Source of the DNA: Myxococcota bacterium
GTDB taxonomy: Bacteria; Myxococcota_A; UBA9042; PHBI01; JAWLBL01
Direction: 5' to 3'
DNA: 64,000 nucleotides
Assembly: GCA_041687695.1 (NCBI GenBank)
Contig: JAWLBL010000011.1
Location: forward strand, 183,155 to 247,154
Positions 48,803-58,526 of the stretch are shown here, one piece after another (positions within the stretch are counted from its first letter, which is position 1; every line of letters starts with the position of its first letter). Both the position numbers and the translations under genes were made by a program. Under the pieces are notes generated by a model, which was given only the letters and a program-made list of their open reading frames with translations, was not told where the DNA came from and did no database searches.

Positions 48803-49951
48803 ATGCGCGCTTTCATGACCAAGGTCCTGCTGCTCGTGTCGGCCCTGCTCGTCGGCGCCGGCCCCGCGCGCGGCGAGCAGCCCGCCCCGGCGCCGGCCGC
48901 CCCGCCAGAGCCCGACCTCATCGGCCAGGTGGAGCGCTTCCAGAAGCAGCTCTTCGCCAAGGCCGCCCCGGCCGTCGTGTCGATCACCCGCGGCGACGTC
49001 ATCGGCTCGGGCTTCATCGTCAGCGAGTCCGGCCTCATCGTGACCAACCGCCACGTGGTCGGCGACGTCAGCACGGTCCACGTCACGCTCTACGACGGCC
49101 GCAAGCTGGCGGGGCTGGTCATCGAGCGCGCCCAGGGGGACATCGATCTGGCCCTCATCAAGGTCCGCACCAGCGGGCTGCCGGTCCTCCCGCTCGGCGG
49201 CGTCGACGACCTCGCGATCGGCAGCTGGGTGTCGTCCATCGGCCACGGCCTCGGCGGCGTCTGGACCTTCACGACCGGCATGGTCTCGAACATCTACCCG
49301 GACGAGCACGAGCAACCCATCATCCAGACCCAGATCCCCCTCAACCCGGGCAACTCCGGCGGCCCCATCCTCGACCGCCAGGGGCGCGCCGTCGCGATCG
49401 TCACCTCCGGCGTGATGGGCGCCAACTCCATCAACTTCAGCCTCCGCGTCGACCTCGGCTTCAAGTACCTGCGCGGGCTCACCGAGCACTGCGACTGCCT
49501 GGTGGTCTCGGCCCTGCGCGGCTCCGACGTCAGCGTCGACGGGACCGTCGTCGGCCAGGGACCGCGCGTCCTGCTCTCGCCCGCGCCTGGCACCTACAAG
49601 GTCTCGGCGCAGCGCGGACGCATCTTCCAAGAGGTCACCATCACCTACCCCGACACGCGCCACGTAGACCTGCAGGGGCCCCAGGGCAAGGCCAGCCCCA
49701 AGCTCGCCGCCCTCGAGCGGGTGACGGTGAGCCGGCTCGAGCTCGGCCCGGACACCGACCTCATCCACGCGGTCGACGTCGTCACCAGCTGGATCGGCTT
49801 TCGCGTCAAGGCCAAGCCCCGCGAGGGCGCCCCCATCGAGGGCCGCGTCTCGGGCATCCGCGAGTCCGGCGACCTGGTCGTCGCGCTCGACACGGGCGCC
49901 CGGCTGACGACCAACCTGACGCAGCTCGAGACGCTCGAGCTGATGCCCTGA
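48803..49951 (+). CDS. Trypsin-like (S1C) serine protease with PEGA-like domain
   Basis: GSGF, TNRHVV, DLALI and NPGNSGGP motifs, signal peptide. Confidence 0.88.
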   Translation: MRAFMTKVLLLVSALLVGAGPARGEQPAPAPAAPPEPDLIGQVERFQKQLFAKAAPAVVSITRGDVIGSGFIVSESGLIVTNRHVVGDVSTVHVTLYDGRKLAGLVIERAQGDIDLALIKVRTSGLPVLPLGGVDDLAIGSWVSSIGHGLGGVWTFTTGMVSNIYPDEHEQPIIQTQIPLNPGNSGGPILDRQGRAVAIVTSGVMGANSINFSLRVDLGFKYLRGLTEHCDCLVVSALRGSDVSVDGTVVGQGPRVLLSPAPGTYKVSAQRGRIFQEVTITYPDTRHVDLQGPQGKASPKLAALERVTVSRLELGPDTDLIHAVDVVTSWIGFRVKAKPREGAPIEGRVSGIRESGDLVVALDTGARLTTNLTQLETLELMP

Positions 49952-50099
49952 GCGGCCCGGGCGGTCGTCGCAGAGCACGACGCGGCGGTGGGCGTCCGCC
50001 GAGCCGGTCTGGGGCGAGCGGGCCCGGGCTGGACGGCGCCTGGGGGTTCGGTTAGGACGCCACGAGGCGTCGCCGGCGCGGCGCGAGCGGAGGGGCGGC

Positions 50100-52019
50100 A
50101 TGCGCGGACGGTTGGGTGTCCTGGTGGCCCTGGTGACGGTCGGCTGGGGGGGCGGGGCGGAGGCCAAGCCCGCCGGGAAGTGGCCGGACGCGGCGTGTGA
50201 GCGGGGGAGCGCCTTCGCCTGCTTCGAGGCCGCCCGGCGCGAGCTGGACGGCAAGCGCACGGACGAGGGGTTGCGGCTGCTGTGGCGCGCCTGGGAGCTG
50301 GACGAGGGGCGCGGCTTCGCGACCGTTCAGGAGCTGGGCCAGTCGGGCGCCGTCGACGCGGGCGCGTGGGCGAAGGCCTGGACGCCGCACGCCGCGGCCG
50401 CCCAGAAGGGGTGCGAGGCCGGCCAGGCGCGGGCGTGCCTGTCGCTGGGCAAGCTGCAGCTCTTCGGCCTCGGCGTCGCGGGTGGGCCGGAGGGCGCGGC
50501 GGCCAGCTTCGACAAGGCCTGCGGGCTGGACGCCTGGGCCTGCACCGGCCGGGCGGTGCTGCACACCTTCGGCATCGCCGGGCCGACGGACGGGCCGGCC
50601 GCGGTCGCGCTGTACGGCAAGGCCTGCAAGGCGGGCAACGCGGTGCACGGGTGCCGCGCCCTGGCGCAGGCCCTGCGCGCGGGGGTGCTGGTGGCGCGCG
50701 ACGAGGCGGCGGCGCACGAGGCGCAGGAGGCCGGCTGCCGGGGCGGCGACCCGGCCGCGTGCGTCGCGCTAGGCGACCGGCTGGCGGGAGGGCAGGGCGC
50801 TGCCCGCGACGTGGCCAAGGCGGCCGTCCTGTATCGTCAGGCGTGCGACGGCGGGGACCCGCTGGGGTGCGTGCGGCTCGCGCGGCACCACCAGGCGGGG
50901 GCGGGCGTCGCGCAGGACCACGGGCAGGCGGTGCGGCTGCTGGGACCGGCCTGTGAGCTGGGCGACGGCGAGGCCTGCTCGGACCTGGGCCTGCACCACG
51001 ACCTGGGGCTGGGCGTGAAGCAGGACCCGAAGGCGGCGGTCGCGGCCTACGAGCGCGCCTGCGCGGGGCGCTCGGCCACCGGGTGCGCGCGGCTGGGCGC
51101 CGCGAAGGTGAGCGGCACGGCGACGGCGCGGGACGTGCGCAAGGGCGTCGCGCTGCTCGAGGAGAGCTGCAAGGCGCGCGACGTCCTCGGCTGCGCGCTG
51201 CTCGGGCAGGTGCTGCTCGAGGCGCCCGAGGGGGTGACCAAGGACGCCGCGCGCGCCGCGACGCTGCTGAAGCCGGCTTGCGAGGCCGGCGTCACCGACG
51301 CCTGCGGCGTGCACGGGGTGCAGCTCGTCAAGGGCGAGGGGGTCGCGGCGAACGCGGCCGAGGGCGCCAAGCTCATCGGCGCCGCCTGCGCGCAGGGGCG
51401 CGTGGCGAGCTGCTCGGATCTGGCCACGCTGCACGCGCTGGGCAAGGGCGTCGCGCGCGACTACGCCCGCGCCAAGGCCCTGTACGAGCAGGCGTGCAAG
51501 GCGGGCCACCAGCAGGCCTGCGAGTCCGCCGCGCGCGTCGAGGCCACGCAGACGGCCGCTCGCGCCGCGGCCGAGCGCCGCGCCAACACCGAGACGCTGC
51601 GGCTGCCCAGCGGCCGCCTCACGCTGCGGCTGCCCAAAGGCCACGGGTGGTCACTCGCGCATGCAGAGGCCGCCGGCCAGGACCGGCTGCACCACCCGGC
51701 CAGCCAGCTGGTCGTCGTGCTCGAGCACGTCGGCCGCAACAGCGACATGTGCGGCCCCAAGGCCTTCGCGGCCCCGCCCGGCGCCCAGGTGAAGCAACAC
51801 CGGAGGCCCGCCTGGCGGCCTCGCAATTGGGACAGCCTCGTCTTCGAGACCAGGGTGAAGGGCGCGGTCGCCTTCACGCTCTGCCAGGACGACGGCTTCT
51901 GGGACGTGTCCGAGGTGGTCCGCTGGGCGCGCGTCTTCCGGCAGGACGGCCGCGCCCCGACCGCGGCCGATCTCGAGCAGGCGAAGGTCCTCCTCGAGGC
52001 CGTCTATCCCGACCTCTGA
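50100..52019 (+). CDS. Sel1-like (Hcp-type Cys-rich) repeat protein
   Basis: Signal peptide and repeated AC.G...C..LG....G.GV..D motifs. Confidence 0.9.
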   Translation: MRGRLGVLVALVTVGWGGGAEAKPAGKWPDAACERGSAFACFEAARRELDGKRTDEGLRLLWRAWELDEGRGFATVQELGQSGAVDAGAWAKAWTPHAAAAQKGCEAGQARACLSLGKLQLFGLGVAGGPEGAAASFDKACGLDAWACTGRAVLHTFGIAGPTDGPAAVALYGKACKAGNAVHGCRALAQALRAGVLVARDEAAAHEAQEAGCRGGDPAACVALGDRLAGGQGAARDVAKAAVLYRQACDGGDPLGCVRLARHHQAGAGVAQDHGQAVRLLGPACELGDGEACSDLGLHHDLGLGVKQDPKAAVAAYERACAGRSATGCARLGAAKVSGTATARDVRKGVALLEESCKARDVLGCALLGQVLLEAPEGVTKDAARAATLLKPACEAGVTDACGVHGVQLVKGEGVAANAAEGAKLIGAACAQGRVASCSDLATLHALGKGVARDYARAKALYEQACKAGHQQACESAARVEATQTAARAAAERRANTETLRLPSGRLTLRLPKGHGWSLAHAEAAGQDRLHHPASQLVVVLEHVGRNSDMCGPKAFAAPPGAQVKQHRRPAWRPRNWDSLVFETRVKGAVAFTLCQDDGFWDVSEVVRWARVFRQDGRAPTAADLEQAKVLLEAVYPDL

Positions 52020-52374
52020 GCCGGCCCTCTCGGAGGGGAGAAAAAGATCGGAGAGTGCCACCGCCTCAGATCGTCGCTGAGCCTATGAGACCGCCGAAGG
52101 GCGGCCCCGGAGTGCTCCGGCTTGCCGGAGCCCCGATTCGGCGCAGCTTGCTGCGCCGGGACGGCGGCAAATCCCGGCGGCAAGCCGCCGGTGTTGGGGC
52201 GCGAGCAAGCTCGCGCACTCCAGTTGGCCTTGCACGACACCCTCAGTGGACGGACGATCGATTCAGCGGGTGCGGTAGGTCGCAATGGCGGGCGACGGGC
52301 GGCACGCGCCAGTCAGCGCGGGGGCGGCAACCAGCGCTGCCATCGCGATGAATCGGACGGTCGAGGGCGCCGGC

Positions 52375-53979
52375 TCAGGGCGCGCAGGCGGCGCACTCGG
52401 CGGCGCATTCACCGCCGCAGCAGACGCCGTCGGTCCCGTCCGCGCAGAGCGAGCCATCCGGCCGCGTCCGGCCGGGTGCAGCGCACAAGCGGGTCTCGGG
52501 CGAGCAGGCCAGCCCGCAAGCGCCGGGTTCGTCGGCGCCACAATCGCTGGCGGCCAAGCACGGCTTGCGGAGCACCGTCCACGCGGCTGCTTCCGGCCCA
52601 GCGCCGGGCCCGAAGATCGAGCCGGCCGCCGCCGCCACGAGGCGGCTCTCGGGCAACACGTCGAGGCGGCCTCCGACGCTCAGGAGCGCGCCCGCCGGGC
52701 TGCTCGAGGCGCCCAGGGCGGGCACCGGGACCGCGGCCTCCCAGTGACCGCCGAGCGCGTGGCGCAGCGACGTCAGCCGCGTCACGAGCGCGTTCTGGAA
52801 CTCCACGGTGTCGAGCGACAGCGACGGCACGAACTGGTGGTGGCCCCCGCTGTGACACGCGACCTCGATCTGCTGGGCGTCCGGCCCTGGATATCCTACG
52901 GACTCGAACTGCACGAAGTGCACCTGGATGGGGAGCTCGGCGGCGCGTGCCTGGTCCAGTCGCTGCATCACCTCGGGCGTCCCGACGTCGCTGCAGGCGC
53001 CCTCGGCGCACGGCGTCCAGTGCTCGCTGCGCGGGTTGCAGGTGTCCGGCCCGTCCGTCAGCACGATGACGTGCCGCGTGCGGTCGGGGCTGGACACGTC
53101 CTGCAGGAAGGCGGCCCCCGAATCGATGGCCTCCCAGAGATTCGAGCGGAGACCGCTCGGCGACATGCGCAGCGCCTGGAGGCCGCTCATCCGCTCGGCG
53201 CGCGCGCTCTCGGGCAGACAGGCGGCGAGCCGGGTCTCCCAACCCGCCCCGGCCAGATCGGGGCTGTCACATGCGGGCAACAAGCCGGCCTCGCCCAAGC
53301 CTTCCCCGAACCCCATCACCGCGACCCGGTCCTGGGGGTTGAGCTGGTCGACGAAGACCTCGACCGCCGCCATCCGTCGGTTCGTGTAGTCCGACGCCAT
53401 CTGGGTGAAGTCGGGTCCCACCCCTCCGAGCCCGCCCTCGCGTTGGCCGACGGCATCGACCAGCCCCCGGATGGACGCGCTCATGTCGACCAACACCAGG
53501 ACGTCGTGACCGGTCGCGCGGCTGGTTGCCAACCCGGCCCAGGCGACGGATGCGGCCGGCACCAGGTCGGTGGAGCGTGCACAGACCTCGGGGTCCGCCG
53601 GCAGCCCCTCGAGACAATCGACGTGGACCCTCAAGGTGCTCGCGTCCAGGCGCGGGGCCTCGTTTCCGGTGCCGCCCACGGGGCCGCCCTCGAACGCGTC
53701 GCCTGGTCGGACGCCCAGGTCCCGGTCGAGCACCCCTTCGGCGCGGACGCGTCCATTGCTGGTGACGACGCCGACCCCGACGATCACGCCCGTCGTGGCC
53801 TCGGCCCCGCAGGCGCGCCGCCAGGCCCCGCTCTCCTGCACGGCGGGGTAGGCGCTCAACGTCGACAGCGCCTGCAGCCCGAGCTCGCCGGGCGTAGTCA
53901 GGCGCTCGCCCTGGCCATCCCCGCACCCCAGCAGCCCCAGCGCTCCAGCCGCCAACATCGAATGCAAACGCCGCATCAC
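52375..53979 (-). CDS. Cys-rich VWA-domain lipoprotein
   Basis: Lipobox LLGC, MIDAS DMSAS, VIVLTDG and Cys-rich tail. Confidence 0.8.
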   Translation of the reverse strand: MMRRLHSMLAAGALGLLGCGDGQGERLTTPGELGLQALSTLSAYPAVQESGAWRRACGAEATTGVIVGVGVVTSNGRVRAEGVLDRDLGVRPGDAFEGGPVGGTGNEAPRLDASTLRVHVDCLEGLPADPEVCARSTDLVPAASVAWAGLATSRATGHDVLVLVDMSASIRGLVDAVGQREGGLGGVGPDFTQMASDYTNRRMAAVEVFVDQLNPQDRVAVMGFGEGLGEAGLLPACDSPDLAGAGWETRLAACLPESARAERMSGLQALRMSPSGLRSNLWEAIDSGAAFLQDVSSPDRTRHVIVLTDGPDTCNPRSEHWTPCAEGACSDVGTPEVMQRLDQARAAELPIQVHFVQFESVGYPGPDAQQIEVACHSGGHHQFVPSLSLDTVEFQNALVTRLTSLRHALGGHWEAAVPVPALGASSSPAGALLSVGGRLDVLPESRLVAAAAGSIFGPGAGPEAAAWTVLRKPCLAASDCGADEPGACGLACSPETRLCAAPGRTRPDGSLCADGTDGVCCGGECAAECAACAP

Positions 53980-54140
53980 GTCACCCCTTCATCTGCCGAG
54001 CCCAGACCAGCCATTCGACCGCGTCTCACGAGGATGCACCAGCGCCACCGAACATGCCACCCCCGGCTGGGGGCCGCGTCCGATCCCCTCCAGCCCTTCC
54101 CGGATCTGTTCGCAGCCGCGCGGCGTGGTACATGGACGGC

Positions 54141-55457
54141 ATGACGTCTTCGCGACTCGCCCCGACCCTGCTCTCCCTGGCCCTCCTGCTCGCCGGTTGT
54201 GACGCCTCGCTCGTCGATCCCCTGCTCGCGCCGGACACAGCCGAGGACGCTGCGTCGGAGCTCGAGCCCGCGTTCGACATCTCCGTCGCCGCGGACGCCG
54301 ACCCGGCCCTGGACGCCGCCACCGACCCCGACGCCACCCTTGCGCCCGACCCCGGCCCGCCCGACGCCGCCGGGCCCGACGTTGAACCGGACGCCGAGCC
54401 CGAGCCGCCGCCCACCGGCGAGCCCATCGCGACCAGCACCCTCCCCGCGGACCTGACCGACGCGCTGCTCGCCGCCCTCGAGGCCGGCTACGAGGCCAGC
54501 GACGCCCCCGGCGTGGCCCTGGGCGTGGTCCTGCCCGGCCAGGGCGCCTTCCACGCGGCCATCGGCTTCGCCCAGGCCGACCCGCCGGCCCAGGCCCACC
54601 CGCTGCAGCGCTACCGGGTCGGCAGCATCACCAAGACCTTCACCGCCGCCCTGGTGCTCGAGCTGGTCGCCGACGGCACCCTGGCCCTGGACGACACCGC
54701 CGCGTCCTGGCTGCCCGAGCTGGCCCTCGACCTGGACCTCGACCCGACCATCACCGTCCGCCAGCTGCTGACCCACACCAGCGGCCTGTTCAACTTCACC
54801 GACGACCACAGCTTCGTCGGCCTCGCCGCCGAGCCCGCCACCCCCGCCGAGGTCCTCGCCTTCGCCCTGGGCCACGCCGCCGAGTTCGCCCCCGGCCAGG
54901 GCTGGGGCTACTCCAACACCAACTACGTCCTGCTCGGCGCCCTCATCGAGGCCGTCACCGGCCAGCCCTACCACCAGCGCCTCCGCCAGCGCCTGCTCGA
55001 GCCGCTCGCCCTCGCCGACACCTTCCTCGACGACTTCGAGACCCTGCCCGGCGGCACCGTCACCGGCCACCTGCTCGGCGCCGACGCGACCGGCGTCGGC
55101 CACATGTCCTGGGCCTGGGCCGCCGGCGCCGCCGCCTCCAACACGGCCGACCTGTGCGCCTGGCTCGACGCCTACCTCGGCGGCGCCGTCCTGCCGCCCG
55201 CCCTGACCCAGGCCATCCCGGTCCCCGAGGCCCTCCCCGGCGGCGGCCAGGCCAACTACGGCCTCGGCGTCCAGCTCGCCTGGCGCGCCGGCCGCCGCGT
55301 CGTCGGCCACACCGGCTCCACCGTCGGCTTCGTCAGCGAGGTCTTCATCGACCCCGAGTCGGGCGCCTGCGTCACCCTGCTGCTCAACGACTTCTTCGGC
55401 GTGAAGCCGCCCATCGCCCAGCCGGTCTGGCAGGCCGTGCTCGACGCCCTGAAATAG
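54141..55457 (+). CDS. Serine hydrolase, beta-lactamase/DD-peptidase family lipoprotein
   Basis: SITK (SxxK), LLTHTSG, YSN and GHTG motifs, lipobox LAGC. Confidence 0.9.
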   Translation: MTSSRLAPTLLSLALLLAGCDASLVDPLLAPDTAEDAASELEPAFDISVAADADPALDAATDPDATLAPDPGPPDAAGPDVEPDAEPEPPPTGEPIATSTLPADLTDALLAALEAGYEASDAPGVALGVVLPGQGAFHAAIGFAQADPPAQAHPLQRYRVGSITKTFTAALVLELVADGTLALDDTAASWLPELALDLDLDPTITVRQLLTHTSGLFNFTDDHSFVGLAAEPATPAEVLAFALGHAAEFAPGQGWGYSNTNYVLLGALIEAVTGQPYHQRLRQRLLEPLALADTFLDDFETLPGGTVTGHLLGADATGVGHMSWAWAAGAAASNTADLCAWLDAYLGGAVLPPALTQAIPVPEALPGGGQANYGLGVQLAWRAGRRVVGHTGSTVGFVSEVFIDPESGACVTLLLNDFFGVKPPIAQPVWQAVLDALK

Positions 55458-55517
55458 TCGCGCGCGCCGGCCGTCCGAGGCACGCTCCCGCTCCCGCCTC
55501 GAACCCGCAGAGGTCGC

Positions 55518-56435
55518 ATGCCCCCGACGCTCCCCCGCTCCCTCCGCCGCCTCACCGGCGCCCTGGGCGCCTCGCTCCTCGCCGCCTGCTCCGTCTCGAC
55601 CCAGAGCCTCCCGCTCGAAGATCCCGTCGCCATCACCGACGACGCCATCCTCCCGGCCGGCCTCTACTTCCGCCACGGCTACCTGGCCCCCCGCGCCGCC
55701 GGCGCCCCGCCCGCGCGCTTCGCGGTGCTGCACGGCGTCTTCGCCACCCCCGCCGCCGCCGAGCAGGCCGTCGCCGCCATCCCCGGCCTCGCCCCCGGCT
55801 ACCCCATGGTCGTCCACACCGACGAGCTCGGCCTGACGGACCCCTCGGTCCAGGGCGTCGCCGTCGTCGCCGGCCTGTACGCCGACCCCGCCGCCGCCGC
55901 GCAGGCCGCGACCGGGCCCGGCCTGTCCGTCGCCCCGCTGCTGGACGCCGACGCCGCCCACCGCCGCGCCATCGGCCTTGGCGACGCCGCCGACCCGACC
56001 GCCCCCCGCCTGCAGGCCGTCCGCCTGCGCCCCGGCGGCTCGCCCGCCTACGCCCGCGCCGCCATCGAGGCCGCCGAAGAGGCCCACTTCAACTACGCCG
56101 ACGTCCCCGGCCCCGACCCGCTCGCCTCACCGCCCGAGCCCCTGTGCCACCTGGACGGCGGCCGCGTCTTCCTGGCCACCGGCGCCGACCACGCGCTCGA
56201 CCCCTACCGCTGGGCGGCGGTCGACTGCGACGGCCAGCCCGCCTACGTCCCCCGCGAGCGCACGCTGCTGGGCACCCTCTTTCTGCCCCTGGCCACCGGC
56301 GACGCCCGCGTCGTCCAGGTCGCCCGCGTCGAGTGCGACACCGCCTCCTTCCGCCACTGGACCGAGCCCCCCCAAGCCCCCCCGACCCCGCCTCGCCTCG
56401 AGCTCGCCCGCTGCGGCGCCGCCGACGAGCACTGA
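55518..56435 (+). CDS. Hypothetical lipoprotein (SPOR-like segments possible)
   Basis: Lipobox LAAC. FAVLHGVFATPAAAEQA and VAVVAGLYADPAAA segments. Confidence 0.65.
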   Translation: MPPTLPRSLRRLTGALGASLLAACSVSTQSLPLEDPVAITDDAILPAGLYFRHGYLAPRAAGAPPARFAVLHGVFATPAAAEQAVAAIPGLAPGYPMVVHTDELGLTDPSVQGVAVVAGLYADPAAAAQAATGPGLSVAPLLDADAAHRRAIGLGDAADPTAPRLQAVRLRPGGSPAYARAAIEAAEEAHFNYADVPGPDPLASPPEPLCHLDGGRVFLATGADHALDPYRWAAVDCDGQPAYVPRERTLLGTLFLPLATGDARVVQVARVECDTASFRHWTEPPQAPPTPPRLELARCGAADEH

Positions 56436-56503
56436 CGGCAACGCGCCCTCGTCCCGCACCGCCGCAGCGCTGGGGTCAGGCCCTCGCGCTGCGGCGGTAC
56501 CGA

Positions 56504-57205
56504 TCACATGCCCGAGAGCTGGTAGAAGCCGACCGCCATCATCACGACGCCACCGCCGATGCGCGCCGCAGGCATCACCCGCGCCGCGGTGCGTCCCAGC
56601 CGGCCGAGGCCCATGCCGATGCCCACGAGCGCGGCAGCCAGCGGCAAGCTGTACCCGATGGCGAAGGCAGCCAGCATGGCCGCCCCCAGGAGCGTCGTCC
56701 CCTCGAAGACGGCCGCTCCCATGGCCATCGGGAGGAGCGGATTGCACCCGAACGCGCAAGCGGTGGTACCGCCGCCCAGAGCCAGGCCGTAGACGAGCGC
56801 TCCGACCACGCCTCGGCTGTTCGCTCGGCGTTCGAAGGCGAGGCCCGGAACCCGCAGCGACACGAGGCCCACGGCGATCAGCCCGACGACGACCATCATC
56901 AAGCCCGCCGCGACCCGCCAGTAGTTCCCCAGCGACATGCTGACGACCTGGCCCACGAAGCCCGCCACGGCGCCGAGGACGCTGAGGGACAAGATCGTCC
57001 CGAGCGCGAAGAACGCGCCGACGACGAGGAGCTCGCGCCGGGTGCGTCGCTCGCCCAGGCCACCTGCGTAGCCAGCCACGGCGCCCATCACGGGGAGGGT
57101 ACAGCACGAGCTCGCCGACGCGAGGATGCCGAACAAGAACGCCGCGGGCAGTACGGCGAGCCCGAGCTGGTCAACGGTCAGCGTGTTGCGAATCCACTCT
57201 TCCAT
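56504..57205 (-). CDS. CcdA/DsbD-like transmembrane thiol-reductant transporter
   Basis: About 6 TM helices, ASSCCTLP and CAFGCNP motifs, FAIGYSLPL. Confidence 0.8.
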   Translation of the reverse strand: MEEWIRNTLTVDQLGLAVLPAAFLFGILASASSCCTLPVMGAVAGYAGGLGERRTRRELLVVGAFFALGTILSLSVLGAVAGFVGQVVSMSLGNYWRVAAGLMMVVVGLIAVGLVSLRVPGLAFERRANSRGVVGALVYGLALGGGTTACAFGCNPLLPMAMGAAVFEGTTLLGAAMLAAFAIGYSLPLAAALVGIGMGLGRLGRTAARVMPAARIGGGVVMMAVGFYQLSGM

Positions 57206-57217
57206 CTTGCGCGCTCC

Positions 57218-57751
57218 TCAATGACCGCAGCAGCTCGAGCGGGCAGCGCCACAGCTCGGTTCGTCGTCTCGGGTGGGGGCCGGGGGGGGCACGGCGCCTC
57301 CACCACAACAGGTCGGCTGAGGCTGCGCCTCGACCTTTGCCGCACCGCCACAACAGGTCGGCTGAGGCTGCGCCTCGACCGTGGCCGCACCGCCACAACA
57401 GGTCGGCTGAGGCTGCGCCTCGACCGTGGCCGCACCGCCACAGCAGCTCGGGGCATCGGGAGCCGGCGAGTCCGGCGCCGCCGCATTCTCTGCGGACGAC
57501 GGCGTCGAGGCGCGGCCAGCCGCTGCCACCTCATCGCTCGCGCCGTGACTCCTGATGAGCGAACTCGCGCCGACGCCAACCGCAGCCGTCAGGACGATCG
57601 CGGTGATCACCCTTGCGGGCCATGACTTTCGAAGGGGCGGCGAGCAGCAGTCGACGGCCGCGCCCTCTGCTTCGCATCCACACGCCTGTCCCGCTGCGGT
57701 CGGGCCGCAGTCAGCGGGCGGGGCCGCTTCGACGTTCGTCTCTTCCATCAT
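57218..57751 (-). CDS. Single-TM Cys-Cys repeat protein (putative metalloid binder)
   Basis: N-terminal CGC and CC, one TM helix, then CCGG x4 and C-terminal CCGH. Purine-rich RBS before ATG. Confidence 0.7.
   Translation of the reverse strand: MMEETNVEAAPPADCGPTAAGQACGCEAEGAAVDCCSPPLRKSWPARVITAIVLTAAVGVGASSLIRSHGASDEVAAAGRASTPSSAENAAAPDSPAPDAPSCCGGAATVEAQPQPTCCGGAATVEAQPQPTCCGGAAKVEAQPQPTCCGGGAVPPPAPTRDDEPSCGAARSSCCGH
57303..57446 (-). repeat. 45-bp in-frame tandem repeat (CCGGAATVEAQPQPT) x3
   Basis: Units begin at 57303, 57348 and 57393 on the + strand. Confidence 0.9.
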
Positions 57752-57930
57752 CCCTTCCGTCCTCCTCGCTTCATCGGGCTCAGCCCGTGCCGCGCTGCGT
57801 CCCGTGGGGCCACGGGCGTCTACCCGCAGGAGCCTTGCCGCACGGCTCGCGCACCGCGATGCGGACATCGTCTTTCGTCTCTTTGGTTGATCTCCGTGCC
57901 TGCTGCTCATGAAGACGGAGACCCCATGAA

Positions 57931-57956
57931 GACGGAGCCCACGTGAAAAGGACGCA
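57931..57956 (-). promoter_or_regulatory. Candidate ECF promoter TGCGTC-N16-CGTC
   Basis: Minus strand reads TGCGTC cttttcacgtgggctc CGTC and matches the motif upstream of the divergent unit. Confidence 0.6.
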
Positions 57957-58247
57957 AGATGGGTCGCGGTGCACCTCGCAGCGAGCACGGGGAGGGCGAA
58001 CGGCGACCACCGCGCGTGGCCGCGCCCGAGTCGGGGAGCCTGTGGCCAAGGCGCTCGATGTCGTGCGCACGTACGACTCTGGCGAGATCACCGGCGCGCT
58101 GCCCGACCGCACGGGGGGCCAGATCCGCCGGGGCGCGAGCGACGCGGCGACCTACGTCGAACGAATGACCGAACGTGGTCAGGGTGTTCCAAACGGCCCC
58201 TCGCGACATGGCTCACACGTCGCGGCCGGCCGTCAAGGACGATTTGT

Positions 58248-58273
58248 CGCGTCCATTCGGGCGAGACGTCGTC
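58248..58273 (+). promoter_or_regulatory. Candidate ECF promoter CGCGTC-N16-CGTC
   Basis: CGCGTC cattcgggcgagacgt CGTC, 45 bp upstream of ATG 58319. Confidence 0.6.
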
Positions 58274-58318
58274 ATCCTTGGCACAGGGTCCAAGTGGGCC
58301 CCACAGAGGAGAAGTCCC

Positions 58319-58516
58319 ATGTCCACGAGCTCGTCCCCTTCCAACGATTCCCTGGAGCGCGAGGTGCAGAGCCTCGAGCCGGTCGACTCCGAGGCCGCCC
58401 CGGCGTGCTGCGATGCGTCCGAAGAGGCCACCTGCTGCGAGCCTTCGGCCGAGCCGGCCTGCTGCGGCTCGCCCGAGCCCTCTGCGGCGCCCACGTCCCG
58501 CCGCGGCTGCTGCTGA
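58319..58516 (+). CDS. Small acidic CC-rich metallothionein-like peptide (65 aa)
   Basis: GAGGAG RBS and four CC pairs ending in RRGCC*. Confidence 0.7.
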   Translation: MSTSSSPSNDSLEREVQSLEPVDSEAAPACCDASEEATCCEPSAEPACCGSPEPSAAPTSRRGCC

Positions 58517-58526
58517 GGTCATCGTC

